Shown piece after piece: positions 27,470-38,668 of a stretch of 64,000 nucleotides of DNA. The notes under the pieces are model-generated. The model did not search any database. It saw nothing but the letters and a program-made list of their open reading frames with translations, and was not told where the DNA came from. This DNA comes from an uncultured Candidatus Saccharibacteria bacterium (GTDB lineage Bacteria; Patescibacteriota; WWE3; UBA101185; 2-01-FULL-41-18): the NCBI GenBank assembly GCA_964636285.1, contig CAZWQF010000002.1, positions 73,669 to 137,668 of the forward strand, written 5' to 3'. Each line of letters begins with the position of its first letter. The stretch's first letter is position 1. The translations under genes and the position numbers were made by a program.

Positions 27470-29989
27470 TTAACATCTGCTGAAACCGCATGTGTAACAC
27501 TTGGCACACCCTTCCTCAAGAACAAGTGTTGCGTTACCGCATTCAGGGCACATGTCTCTGTGCGCAAACGCACTGGACTTGGTGTGCTTTACACTTGAAT
27601 CCTCCTGGGGGTGAGCGGTAGGATCAACAATGTTATTTCCATTCTGCTTTACAGTTATACCAAATTCTCGCGCAAATATCTTGGCCACTGCATCAGGCAC
27701 GCTTGAGATCCTATTTGGACCAAATCCAACCGAGCTTGATCCACCTATGCCAATAAGCTGTGTTATGACCTCTTTCACTGTATCTGCAGGGTTTTTTGAC
27801 GACCTAAGCCAACCTGACATGAGCCTACCCAAGGCCTCAGAAAGACCTGATACGTCACTTCCTGCCTTTCCTACTGTTAAGAAAACCTCAAATGGCCTGT
27901 TTTCTTCATCTTTTGTCACGTTTATGTATGCAGTGCCCTGAGGTGTTTTGACTTTGTATGTAACTCCGGAAAGTCTCTCAGGTCTTTCTCGTGTATCGTT
28001 TACATTAATTACATTCTCAACCTCAACTACGGCTTGACTTGAATCGGAACCCTGATCCTTTTTCTTTTTGGTATCATGAGTTTCAAGCACTACCTCAGTT
28101 CTTGAGCCAGTAACATAGACTGTAATTCCCTTACATCCAAGCTTCCAAGCATTTAAGTAAACTTCAGCAACGTCCTCGGTAGTTGCGCCCTCAGGAAAAT
28201 TGCATGTTTTTGACAATGAGTTATCAATAAACGCCTGAATAGAAGCTTGGGTTTGTACATGTTCTTCAGGAGTAATATCCTGTGAAACTGCAAACACATC
28301 TCTAAACTTCTTTGGAAGGAGCTCTACATGCTGACAGCTTCCAGTTTTTACAACCTCTTCTATGATCTTCTTCTGATCCTCTTCAGGTATTCCAGCCTCC
28401 TTAAGTGCCTTCTCAAACAACGGACTTGTGTATGTTAATGTCATTTTATTGGAGTCCCCTGCCGCTTGATAAACGTTTCTGAGGTAAGCAAGAGCAAATA
28501 CAGGTTCGCACCCATAGCCTTCACATCCAGCCACGGTTGAGATAGTCCCTGTTGGCGCTACGGTTGTCTGAGCTCCATTTCTTATACCGTGCTCTTTAAT
28601 ATCCTGCACAACCTTATTCCAGTTTAGGAGTGGCCTTCCCCAGTCGTGAACGTATTCGGACAGCGGCTCTGGAGCTTCCCACTTAAAGTCTTGCCCATCG
28701 TAAATACTCCCCTTAATTGCAGGAAAAGCACCTCTCTCTTTTGCTAACTCAATAGAGGTTACCATGGAGTGATACCTCATAAATTCAGCTAACTGAGCTG
28801 CAAATTCGCAACCTTCTGGTGATCCATATCTGATCCCCATGGAATACATTGCATCAGCAAGACCCATAAATCCAAGGCCAATTCTTCTTACATTTTCAGC
28901 TGCATTCCTAAGCTCTGGTACTGAAGGGACATACTTATTTGCTGTGACCACGTTGTCTAAAAACCTTGTAGAAAGCTCAATTGTTTTTCTAAGCTCCTCC
29001 CAGTCTACTTTTCCCTGACCATCAAGGTGCTGAGCAAGATTTATTGAACCAAGACAACAGTTTTCGTAAGGTCCTAACCACTGTTCACCGCATGGATTTG
29101 TAGCTTCAAGCTTATAGAGATGTGGTACAGGGTTTGTTCTATTTGCAGCATCAAGGAAAAGAACTCCAGGTTCTCCATTCTTGTGTGCGTATTTAACAAT
29201 CAAATCGTAAATTTCTCTTGCCTTTACGGTCTCCCAAACTTTTCCGTCATGAGGATTTTTTAAATCGAACATGCCATCCGAATCAACAGCTCTCATGAAC
29301 TCATCTGTTATCCCTACAGAAATATTAAAGTTTGAAATGCTTCCTTCCTCAGCTTTACACTTAATGAATTCACGAATATCTGGGTGCTCAACGCTTAAAA
29401 CTGCCATATTAGCACCTCTTCTTGCGCCTCCCTGAGCTATTTCACCAAACGCAGCATCGAAGACCTTAAGAAAGCCTACAGGGCCTGTTGCTTTTCCGTT
29501 ACTTGTTTTTACAAGTGCTCCAGCTGGCCTCAGTCTGGAGAACGAAAAACCATTTCCACCGCCAACTTGCTGAATTAACGCAGCAACCCTAAGCGTTGAA
29601 AAGATTCCATCTCCGTTTTTTCCAAGGTCATCTTCTATTGGAAGAACAAAACACGCTGCAAGTTGACCAAGAGGTGTTCCAGCCCCAGTAAATGTTGGGG
29701 AATTTGGGAAAAACTTTTTTTCTGTGAGTAAGTTATAAAATTCAATCTCGGTTTTCTTTACATCTCTATAAGACGCATCTGGCGCTGCCACATTAACAGC
29801 AATTCTTTCAAACATCTCCTCAATTGTTTCATTTGGTTTTCCGTCTACCCCTCTTCTAAGGTACCTTTTTTCAAGAACAATTCTGGAATTTTCGTCTAAA
29901 TGGATTCTACTATTCTTCTCTGGATACTTTGCTACCTTTCCGTTTGAACCTGTGCTTTTATTTACTGGTGTTACTTCCAGCCACTGCAT
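27470..29989 (-). CDS. nrdJ: Class II (AdoCbl-dependent) ribonucleotide reductase with C-terminal TSCPD/Zn-ribbon region
   Basis: PNSPT, AACFV, RRGANM, NPCGEQ, APTGTIS, terminal CPECG..EGC..C..CG.S.C; start uncertain. Confidence 0.93.
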   Translation of the reverse strand: MQWLEVTPVNKSTGSNGKVAKYPEKNSRIHLDENSRIVLEKRYLRRGVDGKPNETIEEMFERIAVNVAAPDASYRDVKKTEIEFYNLLTEKKFFPNSPTFTGAGTPLGQLAACFVLPIEDDLGKNGDGIFSTLRVAALIQQVGGGNGFSFSRLRPAGALVKTSNGKATGPVGFLKVFDAAFGEIAQGGARRGANMAVLSVEHPDIREFIKCKAEEGSISNFNISVGITDEFMRAVDSDGMFDLKNPHDGKVWETVKAREIYDLIVKYAHKNGEPGVLFLDAANRTNPVPHLYKLEATNPCGEQWLGPYENCCLGSINLAQHLDGQGKVDWEELRKTIELSTRFLDNVVTANKYVPSVPELRNAAENVRRIGLGFMGLADAMYSMGIRYGSPEGCEFAAQLAEFMRYHSMVTSIELAKERGAFPAIKGSIYDGQDFKWEAPEPLSEYVHDWGRPLLNWNKVVQDIKEHGIRNGAQTTVAPTGTISTVAGCEGYGCEPVFALAYLRNVYQAAGDSNKMTLTYTSPLFEKALKEAGIPEEDQKKIIEEVVKTGSCQHVELLPKKFRDVFAVSQDITPEEHVQTQASIQAFIDNSLSKTCNFPEGATTEDVAEVYLNAWKLGCKGITVYVTGSRTEVVLETHDTKKKKDQGSDSSQAVVEVENVINVNDTRERPERLSGVTYKVKTPQGTAYINVTKDEENRPFEVFLTVGKAGSDVSGLSEALGRLMSGWLRSSKNPADTVKEVITQLIGIGGSSSVGFGPNRISSVPDAVAKIFAREFGITVKQNGNNIVDPTAHPQEDSSVKHTKSSAFAHRDMCPECGNATLVLEEGCAKCYTCGFSRC

Positions 29990-30143
29990 AAATAAAATAA
30001 ATAAAGATATGACACAAGCATTGCAAAACAAAGCTGTGCGGCAAGATCTTAAATTTTTAATTGAAACTTATAAACTACCTGGCAAAGTGTATTACAACAC
30101 ACCAGGTGCTTAGCAAACAATAAGTAGATTCTGCTACCAACAA

Positions 30144-31256
30144 TTATCTGTTTCTCAAGAAAGTTGGAATATCAAATCTGTCATCACCAAAAATGTTCTC
30201 CTCCTTTTTTGGCTGTTCAACAATTGGAGCTTTAGGCTCTTCTTTTTTTTCTTCCTTCTTCTCTTTTACAGCTTGAACTGCATTTGTATAGTGCTTTTGA
30301 ATTTCGTTATCAAAACCTGTTGCAATTACAGTGATCTTAATCTGATCTGTCAGGTGCTCATCAATTGTTGCACCGAATATGATGTTGGCGTCTGGACTTG
30401 CGGCGTCACTAATAATTCTTGCAGCCTCATCAACCTCATGCATTGAAAGGTCATCTCCTCCAATGACATTAAATAGAATTCCAGTTGCACCATCAATTGA
30501 AAGCTCAAGAAGTGGCGAAGAAATTGCGGCTCTTGCTGCAGTTGCAGCTCTATTCTCGCCCGTACCTTTACCTATACCCATAAGGGCTGAGCCTGCATCG
30601 GTCATAATTGTTCTAACATCAGCAAAATCAACGTTGATAAGTCCAGGCATGACAATCAAATCCGAAATTCCCTGAACTCCCTGACCAAGAATGCTGTCTG
30701 ACACTTTGAACGCATCAACCATAGACATTTTCTTATCTACAACTTCAAGAAGTTTCTGATTTGGGATTGTGATAAGAGCATCAAGCTTACCTTTTAGGTT
30801 TGCAACGCCTTTTTCGGCATTCTGCATTCTCTTTGCACCTTCAAATGTAAAAGGCTTTGTTACTACACCAACAGTCAATGCCCCAATACTCTTTGCTATT
30901 TCAGCAACCACAGGTGCTGCTCCAGTACCTGTACCACCGCCCATACCGGCCGTGATAAATACCATGTCAGAACCTTCAAGGTGACCTTTTATAAGCTCGA
31001 TGGATTCGTGTGCGGCTTTTTCACCTATATCAGGATTTGCACCGGCACCTAAGCCTTTTGTTAAATCCTGACCGATCGGAATTTTTACAGGAGCTTGATT
31101 TACAGAAAGAGCCTGAGCATCGGTGTTGATTGCAATGAATTCAACTCCGTTGATATTCTGCCCGGTGATCATAGTGTTCAAAGCGTTGCAACCGCATCCG
31201 CCAATTCCCACTACTCTAATTTTTGCATACCTTTCCATTTCTGGTTTTATGTGCAT
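30144..31256 (-). CDS. ftsZ: Cell division protein FtsZ
   Basis: [23 protein letters not shown] tail. Confidence 0.98.
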   Translation of the reverse strand: MHIKPEMERYAKIRVVGIGGCGCNALNTMITGQNINGVEFIAINTDAQALSVNQAPVKIPIGQDLTKGLGAGANPDIGEKAAHESIELIKGHLEGSDMVFITAGMGGGTGTGAAPVVAEIAKSIGALTVGVVTKPFTFEGAKRMQNAEKGVANLKGKLDALITIPNQKLLEVVDKKMSMVDAFKVSDSILGQGVQGISDLIVMPGLINVDFADVRTIMTDAGSALMGIGKGTGENRAATAARAAISSPLLELSIDGATGILFNVIGGDDLSMHEVDEAARIISDAASPDANIIFGATIDEHLTDQIKITVIATGFDNEIQKHYTNAVQAVKEKKEEKKEEPKAPIVEQPKKEENIFGDDRFDIPTFLRNR

Positions 31257-31267
31257 AGTGAAAAATC

Positions 31268-32518
31268 TTAGGGCAGAAAAGATTTTAGTAAATTAACAAT
31301 TTTTGATATTACGCCACCAATCTTACCTTTAGGAGAAGAAAATGACAAGCCCGAACTTTTTTCTTTAACAAGTCTACTGCCATATAACACAACTCCAACT
31401 GTTGCAGCAAACGCTGGGCCTTCAATTTCGTCGATAAGTCCTGTTATTCCTCTTGGGTATCCAACTCTCACTGGGACCTTCAAAACCTGCTTTGCAACTT
31501 TTTCTACGCCATATGTCTGAGCAGCGCCACCGGTAACTACCATTCCTGCGGGGAGTTTACCAGAAAGATTAGCTTTTCTTACTTCAAGAGCAATTAGATT
31601 AAAAATTTCGCTAAGCCTTGCTTCAATGACATCGTACAAGAACTTTTTGGGTATTGTTGGAGTATCAAGATTAAATTCGCTTACATCAAGCTCTTCATTC
31701 TTTTTTTCTGTATCCAAAATCCTCTTATCTTTTTCAATCGAAAGTCTGAGCTTTATCTTCTCAGCAGCCTCCATTGAAGCCCTGAGTCCAATTGCTAAAT
31801 CAGAAGTGATATGTTGCCCTCCAATCGGCAAAACAGACGAATATATAGGACTACCCTCTGAAAAAACTACCACTGAAGTAGTTCCCCCTCCAATATCTAC
31901 AAGAATAGCTCCAAGTTCTTTTTCTGTGTCAGTCAAAATGGCTTCACTAGATGCAATTCCAGTGTATACCAAGTCCTCAACCTCAACTCCAACCTGCGAT
32001 ACACACTTAACAAGGTTTCTCATACTTGTAGCAAGTCCTGTAATAACATTTGTCTCCACTTCCAACCTTACACCACTCATCCCAGTTGGATCTTTAATGC
32101 CGCTTTGCCCATCTACTATAAAATCTCTTGGAATTACATGAATTATTTCTCTTGATGATGGTAACGAAATAGCCTGTGCTGCCTCTGTCACTCTTGCGAT
32201 GTCGTCAGCACTAATTTCTACACCTTGATGCGAAACGGCAACAACACCGTGCGAGTTCAACGACTCAATGTGACTTCCACTTACTGTAACAAACGCAGAA
32301 TGTATAGAAATACCAGCCATTCTCTGAGCCCTCTCAAGGCTCTGATCAATTGCCTCAACAGCTTCGTCAATATCAACAATAACGCCTCTTTTAATCCCGC
32401 TTGAAGGTACTTGGGACACTCCAATAACGGAGACCCTGCCTTCCGAGACATTGGCTACAATTGTACTGATTTTTGAAGAACCTACATCAATTCCGGTGAC
32501 AAATCTTTCTTTGGGCAT
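31268..32518 (-). CDS. ftsA: Cell division protein FtsA
   Basis: [24 protein letters not shown]. Confidence 0.97.
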   Translation of the reverse strand: MPKERFVTGIDVGSSKISTIVANVSEGRVSVIGVSQVPSSGIKRGVIVDIDEAVEAIDQSLERAQRMAGISIHSAFVTVSGSHIESLNSHGVVAVSHQGVEISADDIARVTEAAQAISLPSSREIIHVIPRDFIVDGQSGIKDPTGMSGVRLEVETNVITGLATSMRNLVKCVSQVGVEVEDLVYTGIASSEAILTDTEKELGAILVDIGGGTTSVVVFSEGSPIYSSVLPIGGQHITSDLAIGLRASMEAAEKIKLRLSIEKDKRILDTEKKNEELDVSEFNLDTPTIPKKFLYDVIEARLSEIFNLIALEVRKANLSGKLPAGMVVTGGAAQTYGVEKVAKQVLKVPVRVGYPRGITGLIDEIEGPAFAATVGVVLYGSRLVKEKSSGLSFSSPKGKIGGVISKIVNLLKSFLP

Positions 32519-32528
32519 AATTAAAGTA

Positions 32529-33326
32529 TCAATATTCTACTACTACATTATCATATCTTAAATCTACTTTCTTCAAGATAATGTTCTCAAGCTTAAATTT
32601 AAGCAAAACCTCCTTGAGAAGTTTAGCAGATGTTCGTATATCTTTGTCAAAAGAAATATAGACTAGAACATTGTTTTCTGTATAAAAACTCAGAAAGGAC
32701 TCATCAGAGACAAAAGTTGAAACCTTGATATCTTCGGTTCTAAGGGCATCTATTATTTTTACATACAGATCTACCTTACTTTTTTCAAGAAAACTCCCAA
32801 TTTTTATATCGGGCTTATTATATTTAACCACAGGTAATCTAAGTTCTGTTGGATCAACCACCCCAAGGACATATCCTTCAATATCAGTTAAATAGAAGGC
32901 TTCTGGTTGACCTACAGACAAGATAACGATTGGGGTTCGCTCCTTGATACTAATGACTATTTTTGAGCTACCCTCTTTAATTACCTCTACGTCCTTAATA
33001 GCCAAAAAATTAGATTTAATTAATTTTTGCACGTCCTCCTGTTTGATTAAATATATGTTCTTTCCTTTAAGCTTCCCTTCAACAACAGCATTAACATCGG
33101 CTACGCTTACAAACCTACCGTCACCATGAACTTCAACTTCAGAAACCTTTGCCACAGAATCAGCAGCACCTGACTCGGACCAAGCTATTACTAACCAGAC
33201 AAGAATTATGCTAAGTGGGACTACAATCCAAAACCTATACCTTGAAAACAACCTTCTAAGGTTGCTAGCTCTTATATTTGAAGTTGGCCTTGAGTTAATT
33301 GGTGTGTATTGTTTTAAGGGTTTCAT
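32529..33326 (-). CDS. ftsQ: FtsQ/DivIB-like protein
   Basis: TM, POTRA-like region, ER.P, VDLRY; located between murG and ftsA. Confidence 0.8.
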   Translation of the reverse strand: MKPLKQYTPINSRPTSNIRASNLRRLFSRYRFWIVVPLSIILVWLVIAWSESGAADSVAKVSEVEVHGDGRFVSVADVNAVVEGKLKGKNIYLIKQEDVQKLIKSNFLAIKDVEVIKEGSSKIVISIKERTPIVILSVGQPEAFYLTDIEGYVLGVVDPTELRLPVVKYNKPDIKIGSFLEKSKVDLYVKIIDALRTEDIKVSTFVSDESFLSFYTENNVLVYISFDKDIRTSAKLLKEVLLKFKLENIILKKVDLRYDNVVVEY

Positions 33327-34407
33327 TTGCTATTAGAAATGCAGAATCCATTTTCAGAGGAAATTTGGCCTCATCCACAAGTTTATACTTACCCAGGTTG
33401 TTAAGCATTTGTTTAACTGCTGAAACAAAACTATCTGCTGTTAAATCCTTCTCCTCTAGTATCTCAGCCAAACCTGACTCTTTAGCCACAAGTGCATTCA
33501 AGTACTGCTCGTTATGTGAAACCCATGGAATAGGCACTAAAAGCGAAGGCTTTCTCAAGGCAATAAATTCGCTTACAAAATGAGCTCCTGACCTCCCTAC
33601 CATTAATGTGGTCTTGCTAAAAAGCTCTCCAATTTCATTCGAACGAATATAGTCACAAGGTACATACTCACCGCCCAGTTTTTCCGGAGTTACTGTTAAG
33701 GATTTCAACTGCTTTGCATTTTCAAAATCATTAAAAACCGAAGAGCTTCCGCATTGATGAATTAAGTTACAAAAAGATAAAATTTCCTTAAGTTTGCTAA
33801 AAACAATCTCATTCAGGCGATGTGAACCCTGCTTACCCCCTGTTATGCACACCACAGGAAGGTTATTTTTAAACTCAAAACTTTTTGTATTAACCTTAAA
33901 TAACTCTTTCCTCAAAGGAATTCCGGTAAAGATAACTTCTTTGCCTGCAAATGAGCTTCTTGAGGATTCCCAGGAGATAAATATCTTTTTAACAAACTTT
34001 GAAATAACCTTGTTCGCAAGACCAGTAACAACTGTTTGCTCGTGAGTGACGCTAGGTATTTTAAGAATATACCCAGATAACACAATAGGAACTGCTATAT
34101 AACCACCGAATGACAAAATTATGCTAGGCTTCTGCTCTATTAAAAGATTAAATGCATTAACAAATCCCCTTAAAACTGCAAAAAATTTGATAGGATTTTT
34201 AATTCCAAAAAACTTCCCTGCTTTAATATCAAAAAAAGGAATGCCAAGCCTTTTGAGATCCTCATACTCGGCACTTACATTCTTATCCGATTGCATTGAG
34301 TGCGTGTGACCAACAAATATAAGTTCGGCTTCAGGAGCTTGTTTCCTTAGCTCCTCAATCACTGCAAGTGCAGAAGTGTGGTGTCCGCCTGTAATCAATA
34401 TTTTCAT
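33295..34407 (-). CDS. murG: Lipid II GlcNAc transferase MurG
   Basis: TGGH, FGGY, HEQ, GGKQGS, RSGA, EQ..NA. Confidence 0.92.
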   Translation of the reverse strand: MKILITGGHHTSALAVIEELRKQAPEAELIFVGHTHSMQSDKNVSAEYEDLKRLGIPFFDIKAGKFFGIKNPIKFFAVLRGFVNAFNLLIEQKPSIILSFGGYIAVPIVLSGYILKIPSVTHEQTVVTGLANKVISKFVKKIFISWESSRSSFAGKEVIFTGIPLRKELFKVNTKSFEFKNNLPVVCITGGKQGSHRLNEIVFSKLKEILSFCNLIHQCGSSSVFNDFENAKQLKSLTVTPEKLGGEYVPCDYIRSNEIGELFSKTTLMVGRSGAHFVSEFIALRKPSLLVPIPWVSHNEQYLNALVAKESGLAEILEEKDLTADSFVSAVKQMLNNLGKYKLVDEAKFPLKMDSAFLIANETLKTIHTN

Positions 34408-35543
34408 AACTCTGACTGCTTCTTTATGTTTAATAATACACCAAGCGAAATAAGACTAAAAACCATCGATGAGCCACCGTACGATATCAAAGGTAATGGC
34501 ACCCCAGTCAATGGAACAATATGAACCATTGCAGCAAGGTTTACAACGCACTGAGTTGCAAACCAAGTTGTGATTCCAATAGCCATAAGCTTGCCCAATT
34601 TGTCCGGGGCATTTTTTGCCACTTGGAATCCTTTGTATATAACAAACGCAAATGCGAGTATCAATAATAGCGTTCCAACAAACCCAAGCTCCTCACCTAT
34701 TACTGCAAATATTGAATCCGTAGCAACTTCGGGTATGTACTGATATTTTTGTCTGGACTGGCCAAATCCAAGTCCTGTGAAACCACCGGAACCCAGTGCT
34801 ATTAAAATCTGATTTATATGAAACGATGCACCTTGAGGATCAGAGAACCCCTTACTCATGTAAGTCATTAACCTTGCTCTTCTATATGGGGAAGCAAGAA
34901 TAAAACCTACACCTGCAATTATCATAGTTGGGATGCCTGCTAAAAAATATACTAAATTCACACCAGATGCAAAATAAATACTTACTGCTATAGAGACAAC
35001 CAAAAGTCCTGTTCCAAAGTCCGGCTGAAACATAATAAGTCCAAAAAAAACAGCAAGTAGTAGCCCAAAACCCAAAGGCTTTATTTCTTTTTTTGAAAGT
35101 ACTGTTGCCAAGTAAATTATTATTGCAAGCTTAAATATTTCACTTGGCTGAACACTTTGCCTTCCAATTAATGGAAACGAAGGGAAGGGGGCTGGATTAA
35201 GGTAGATCCACCTTCGTGCGCCATAAATTATAGGAGCAAAAGGTGTTGGTAGTAAAACAAAAACCATTAGTAGCAATGCAGATCCAAAAATAAGGTAGGC
35301 GTGTTTTGAAAGAAAATGATAATCGATATTTGAAAAAATAAATAAAAAAGTAAGCCCAACCGTAACCCAAAGAGCTTGAAGTATCAAAAAATAAAACTTA
35401 CCTCCAAACGTGGCGTTTGCTAAAACCACAGAGACGTCATATACCATCACAACCCCAAAAACAAGGAGACTTAAGATTGCCAGAATTAGCGAGTAATCTT
35501 TTTTAGTGTGCCTAGTGGCTGTTTTAACCTGAGTTTTAACCAT
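34404..35543 (-). CDS. ftsW: SEDS protein FtsW
   Basis: QPSE, QPDFGT, IPEVATDSIF, GEELG, SYGGSS; dcw context. Confidence 0.92.
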   Translation of the reverse strand: MVKTQVKTATRHTKKDYSLILAILSLLVFGVVMVYDVSVVLANATFGGKFYFLILQALWVTVGLTFLFIFSNIDYHFLSKHAYLIFGSALLLMVFVLLPTPFAPIIYGARRWIYLNPAPFPSFPLIGRQSVQPSEIFKLAIIIYLATVLSKKEIKPLGFGLLLAVFFGLIMFQPDFGTGLLVVSIAVSIYFASGVNLVYFLAGIPTMIIAGVGFILASPYRRARLMTYMSKGFSDPQGASFHINQILIALGSGGFTGLGFGQSRQKYQYIPEVATDSIFAVIGEELGFVGTLLLILAFAFVIYKGFQVAKNAPDKLGKLMAIGITTWFATQCVVNLAAMVHIVPLTGVPLPLISYGGSSMVFSLISLGVLLNIKKQSEL

Positions 35544-35549
35544 ATTAAA

Positions 35550-36644
35550 TTAAAGTAAACAAACAGAAAGGCCTGCAATTACAAGAAGCGCATTAAGAAG
35601 CCAAAATCTTGAGGTCACTTTTGTTTCATGCCAGCCTAGCTTTTCAAAGTGGTGGTGAATGGGAGCAACCAGGAGAATTCTTTTCTTTCTCAACTTAACT
35701 GACCAGACTTGAAAAAAGCTTGAAAGTATCTCAATCATAAACACACCACCAATTAATAGTAATGAAACCTCTCTATTTAAGAGCACTGCAACAAAAACAA
35801 AAATTATACCTAGGGGCAAGGTGCCCACATCCGACATCTCAAGCCTTGCTGGGTAGATATTAAAGTACAAGAATGCAAGTTCAGCACCAACTACAGCGGC
35901 ACAGAAAAACGCTAGTTGATACTGCCCCATCATCAATGCAAGTGCTCCATATCCTAAAAATGAGATTGTGTGAAGCCCGGCGGAAAGCCCGTCCATTCCA
36001 TCAGTTATTCCAAAAGCATTTGCAAACCAAAGGGCAAGAAAGACGATTAATGGAAGGAAAAACCAGCCAAGGTACAACTCCCCAACAAAAGGAAGCCACA
36101 GAGCCCTGTATCCTAGCTTAAAATAAATCCAGTAAGCGCCAATTGAAACTGTAAGGAGTTGCATTAAAAACTTGTCGTGAGATTTAAGACCTCTCTGGCC
36201 ACTCCCCATCATTCTAAAAACCTCTTTGAAAGCGTCCCACGGAACAAGTGCAGCTCTATAAAGCACCCAAATTACCTTGTGATTAACCACTACCTTATCC
36301 ACCGCATCTCTAACCGCAAAGGAAAAACCTTTTCTCCCTATTGTGTTAATAAACTCGTCAATTGCACCAAAAACTGACCCTACAATTAAAATTAACGAAA
36401 AAGGCACGAACATACTCCAGTTTCTTATGAAGATTGAGGAGATAAGAAGAACTGTACCTGTAATTAGAGCCCCACCCATAATTGGTGTGCCAAATTTTAC
36501 CGCTCTATCAGGAAGCTTATCCTCAAGGTCAGGCTTGCTAATTCGTCTAATGTTAAATTTGTATAAAAAGCCAATAAAAAACGGCGAAATGAGAAACGCA
36601 ACGCAAAATGAAATTAAGATAATTAAAAGAAATTTAAGCTCCAT
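35550..36644 (-). CDS. mraY: Phospho-MurNAc-pentapeptide transferase MraY (divergent)
   Basis: GTPIMGG, TDGMDGL, FN.YPA, APIHHHFE. Confidence 0.88.
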   Translation of the reverse strand: MELKFLLIILISFCVAFLISPFFIGFLYKFNIRRISKPDLEDKLPDRAVKFGTPIMGGALITGTVLLISSIFIRNWSMFVPFSLILIVGSVFGAIDEFINTIGRKGFSFAVRDAVDKVVVNHKVIWVLYRAALVPWDAFKEVFRMMGSGQRGLKSHDKFLMQLLTVSIGAYWIYFKLGYRALWLPFVGELYLGWFFLPLIVFLALWFANAFGITDGMDGLSAGLHTISFLGYGALALMMGQYQLAFFCAAVVGAELAFLYFNIYPARLEMSDVGTLPLGIIFVFVAVLLNREVSLLLIGGVFMIEILSSFFQVWSVKLRKKRILLVAPIHHHFEKLGWHETKVTSRFWLLNALLVIAGLSVCLL

Positions 36645-36680
36645 TATCAAGCCAATGATATAGCATTACAAGAAAAAGAG

Positions 36681-38009
36681 CTAGTCAATTTTTGTGATCT
36701 TTGCGCCAAGAGATCTAAGCTTTTCCTCAAAGTTTTCGTAACCCTTGAGCACATTTTCAACACCGTGAATCTCGCTCCTACCTTCAGCTATAATGGCAGC
36801 CATGATTAATGAGGCCCCTGCCTTTAAATCCGGAGTATTTAGTTTCTCTCTTCTAAGTAAAGTGGGGCCGTCAATTTTTGCAACCGTATATGGCTCACCC
36901 ATGCTCTCAACATCGTAAGTATCATCGCTTACAGAAACCTGGAATCCAACGTCTGATGGCCTCAAAAGCGAGATCTTTGCCCCCATTCGATTCAATTCTT
37001 TAGTATAAGACAGCCTGTCAACGTAAACTGTGTCGTGAATATAGCTTGTACCTTCGGCTTGCGTCATGAGAATACACACAAGCGGTTGCCAATCTGTAAT
37101 AAAACCGGGAGCTGGGGAAGTCTCAACATTAACAGCTTTAAGTTTGTCACCCTTAGTTCTCCAAACCCTAAGGCTGTCACCTCGAAACTCAAAGTTTGCG
37201 CCCATTTGCTCCAGCTTTCTAACAAACGGTAATAAGTCTGAGGATGTAACACCCTCAACATTTATATCCCCACAAGATGCAATCCCAAGGGTAGCAAAAG
37301 TTGCGGCCTCAAGCCTATCAGGCATAACCTTAAACTTTCCACCTTTAAAAGATTGGGTACCGTGAATAATAATTTTCCTCTCGTCTACTCTTTTTACATT
37401 GCCACCTATCACATTTACAAACTCTATTAAATCATCGATTTCAGGCTCTGAGGAGGCATTAAAGATCACGCTCTCACCTGGAATAAACATGGTCGAAAGG
37501 ATTGCATTTTCAGTACCCATAACAGATAAAACCTTGAATTTAATTTCAGAGTTTGAGGGAGTTTTAAGTGCTATGTGATAATACTTTTCGTCCTCGTGAA
37601 CAGTAAAGCCCACTGCTTTCCAAGTATCTATCCACCTATTGATAGGTCTCGTAACGCTACCAGGACTACTTTGCTTTGGAATACTCACTTTACCAAATCT
37701 GTAAAGAAGCGGAGCTGCTAGTAAAGCAGTAGTTCTATATTGCGAACCAGTTTCGTATGGGATTTCATTGCTAAATATGCTAGAGGAGTTTATCAGTAGT
37801 CTATTTTGAGACAGCCATTCCACTTTTGCCCCAAGGTGAGAAATAATTTCAAGGTCAACCATCACGTTCTCTATTCGAGGGACATTATCAATAATTACAT
37901 CGTCATTAGCAAAAAGAGAGGCTACAATAATTTTAAGCGCTGAGTTTTTTGAACCAGAAACTTTCACTGAACCAACTAAGGACTCGGGGCCTTCTATTAA
38001 CCATTTCAT
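36681..38009 (-). CDS. murA: MurA-family enolpyruvyl transferase homolog lacking the catalytic Cys
   Basis: SGSKNSAL, SVMGTEN, EPEI.DL, PDRLEA, PGF.TD; active-site loop altered. Confidence 0.85.
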   Translation of the reverse strand: MKWLIEGPESLVGSVKVSGSKNSALKIIVASLFANDDVIIDNVPRIENVMVDLEIISHLGAKVEWLSQNRLLINSSSIFSNEIPYETGSQYRTTALLAAPLLYRFGKVSIPKQSSPGSVTRPINRWIDTWKAVGFTVHEDEKYYHIALKTPSNSEIKFKVLSVMGTENAILSTMFIPGESVIFNASSEPEIDDLIEFVNVIGGNVKRVDERKIIIHGTQSFKGGKFKVMPDRLEAATFATLGIASCGDINVEGVTSSDLLPFVRKLEQMGANFEFRGDSLRVWRTKGDKLKAVNVETSPAPGFITDWQPLVCILMTQAEGTSYIHDTVYVDRLSYTKELNRMGAKISLLRPSDVGFQVSVSDDTYDVESMGEPYTVAKIDGPTLLRREKLNTPDLKAGASLIMAAIIAEGRSEIHGVENVLKGYENFEEKLRSLGAKITKID

Positions 38010-38010
38010 A

Positions 38011-38235
38011 TTATCTAAGCATCACAAGGGTGGCGGAATTGAGAATAAATCCTATTCCAAGGATAATTGTAACAATAAATATCACCTTTTCCATTCCCCT
38101 CTTTGTCCTGTAAAACCCGCCAAAACCTGAAATTGCGGATGAAATACCCGCACCTCTGGATTGAATGAGTACTAAGCAAATAATTAGAACTGAAACCAAA
38201 ATCTGGATAATTTGTAAAATAAATTTAATGTTCAT
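38011..38235 (-). CDS. secG: Preprotein translocase subunit SecG
   Basis: Two TMs; VLIQSRGAG...RGMEK. Confidence 0.9.
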   Translation of the reverse strand: MNIKFILQIIQILVSVLIICLVLIQSRGAGISSAISGFGGFYRTKRGMEKVIFIVTIILGIGFILNSATLVMLR

Positions 38236-38653
38236 GCTTCTTTTTTATAGGATAGGATGTTACCCACCCTCCAAATGAAATAAATACCGAGAGTACAAAC
38301 GCTGTAAATATATAGCTCCAGTACTCTGAGATACCATAAGACTCTATCACAAATCCAAAAACATTCAAATTTTGGACGGTACCCTCTGTAAGCTTAAAAC
38401 CTTCATAAAATCGGCTGAGTAAAAAGACACAAATTAAGTTAATAAAAATACCCAGAAACAAGTAACCCAAGCCATCATGCCAGAGAGACATAATTTTTAA
38501 GGCCGGCTTCACAAGAAGATTCACAAGCGCAATCCCAACAGAGACTAAAATCATATTTCTGGTTAATCCAGAAAATGAAATTCCAGAAAAAAATGAGCTG
38601 ATGAAATAGAGTGCTAAAAAGCTAAAAAGAATGTTTCGGGCAAGTGATTTCAT
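38225..38653 (-). CDS. YvlD/DUF360 (holin-like family) membrane protein
   Basis: Four TMs; LVN.LVKP.LK...IN motif. Confidence 0.7.
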   Translation of the reverse strand: MKSLARNILFSFLALYFISSFFSGISFSGLTRNMILVSVGIALVNLLVKPALKIMSLWHDGLGYLFLGIFINLICVFLLSRFYEGFKLTEGTVQNLNVFGFVIESYGISEYWSYIFTAFVLSVFISFGGWVTSYPIKKKHEH

Positions 38654-38668
38654 CACAAATATTATACA

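Noticed and set aside
29990-30143. Cobalamin riboswitch or NrdR boxes upstream of nrdJ (an ACCTGG...CCAGGT hairpin is present)
   Set aside because: No B12-box or NrdR consensus recognisable; the hairpin may simply end the ftsZ transcript
38225-38653. Holin-like gene as evidence of a prophage
   Set aside because: YvlD/DUF360-type proteins are common chromosomal genes, and it is flanked by uvrC and secG with no phage genes
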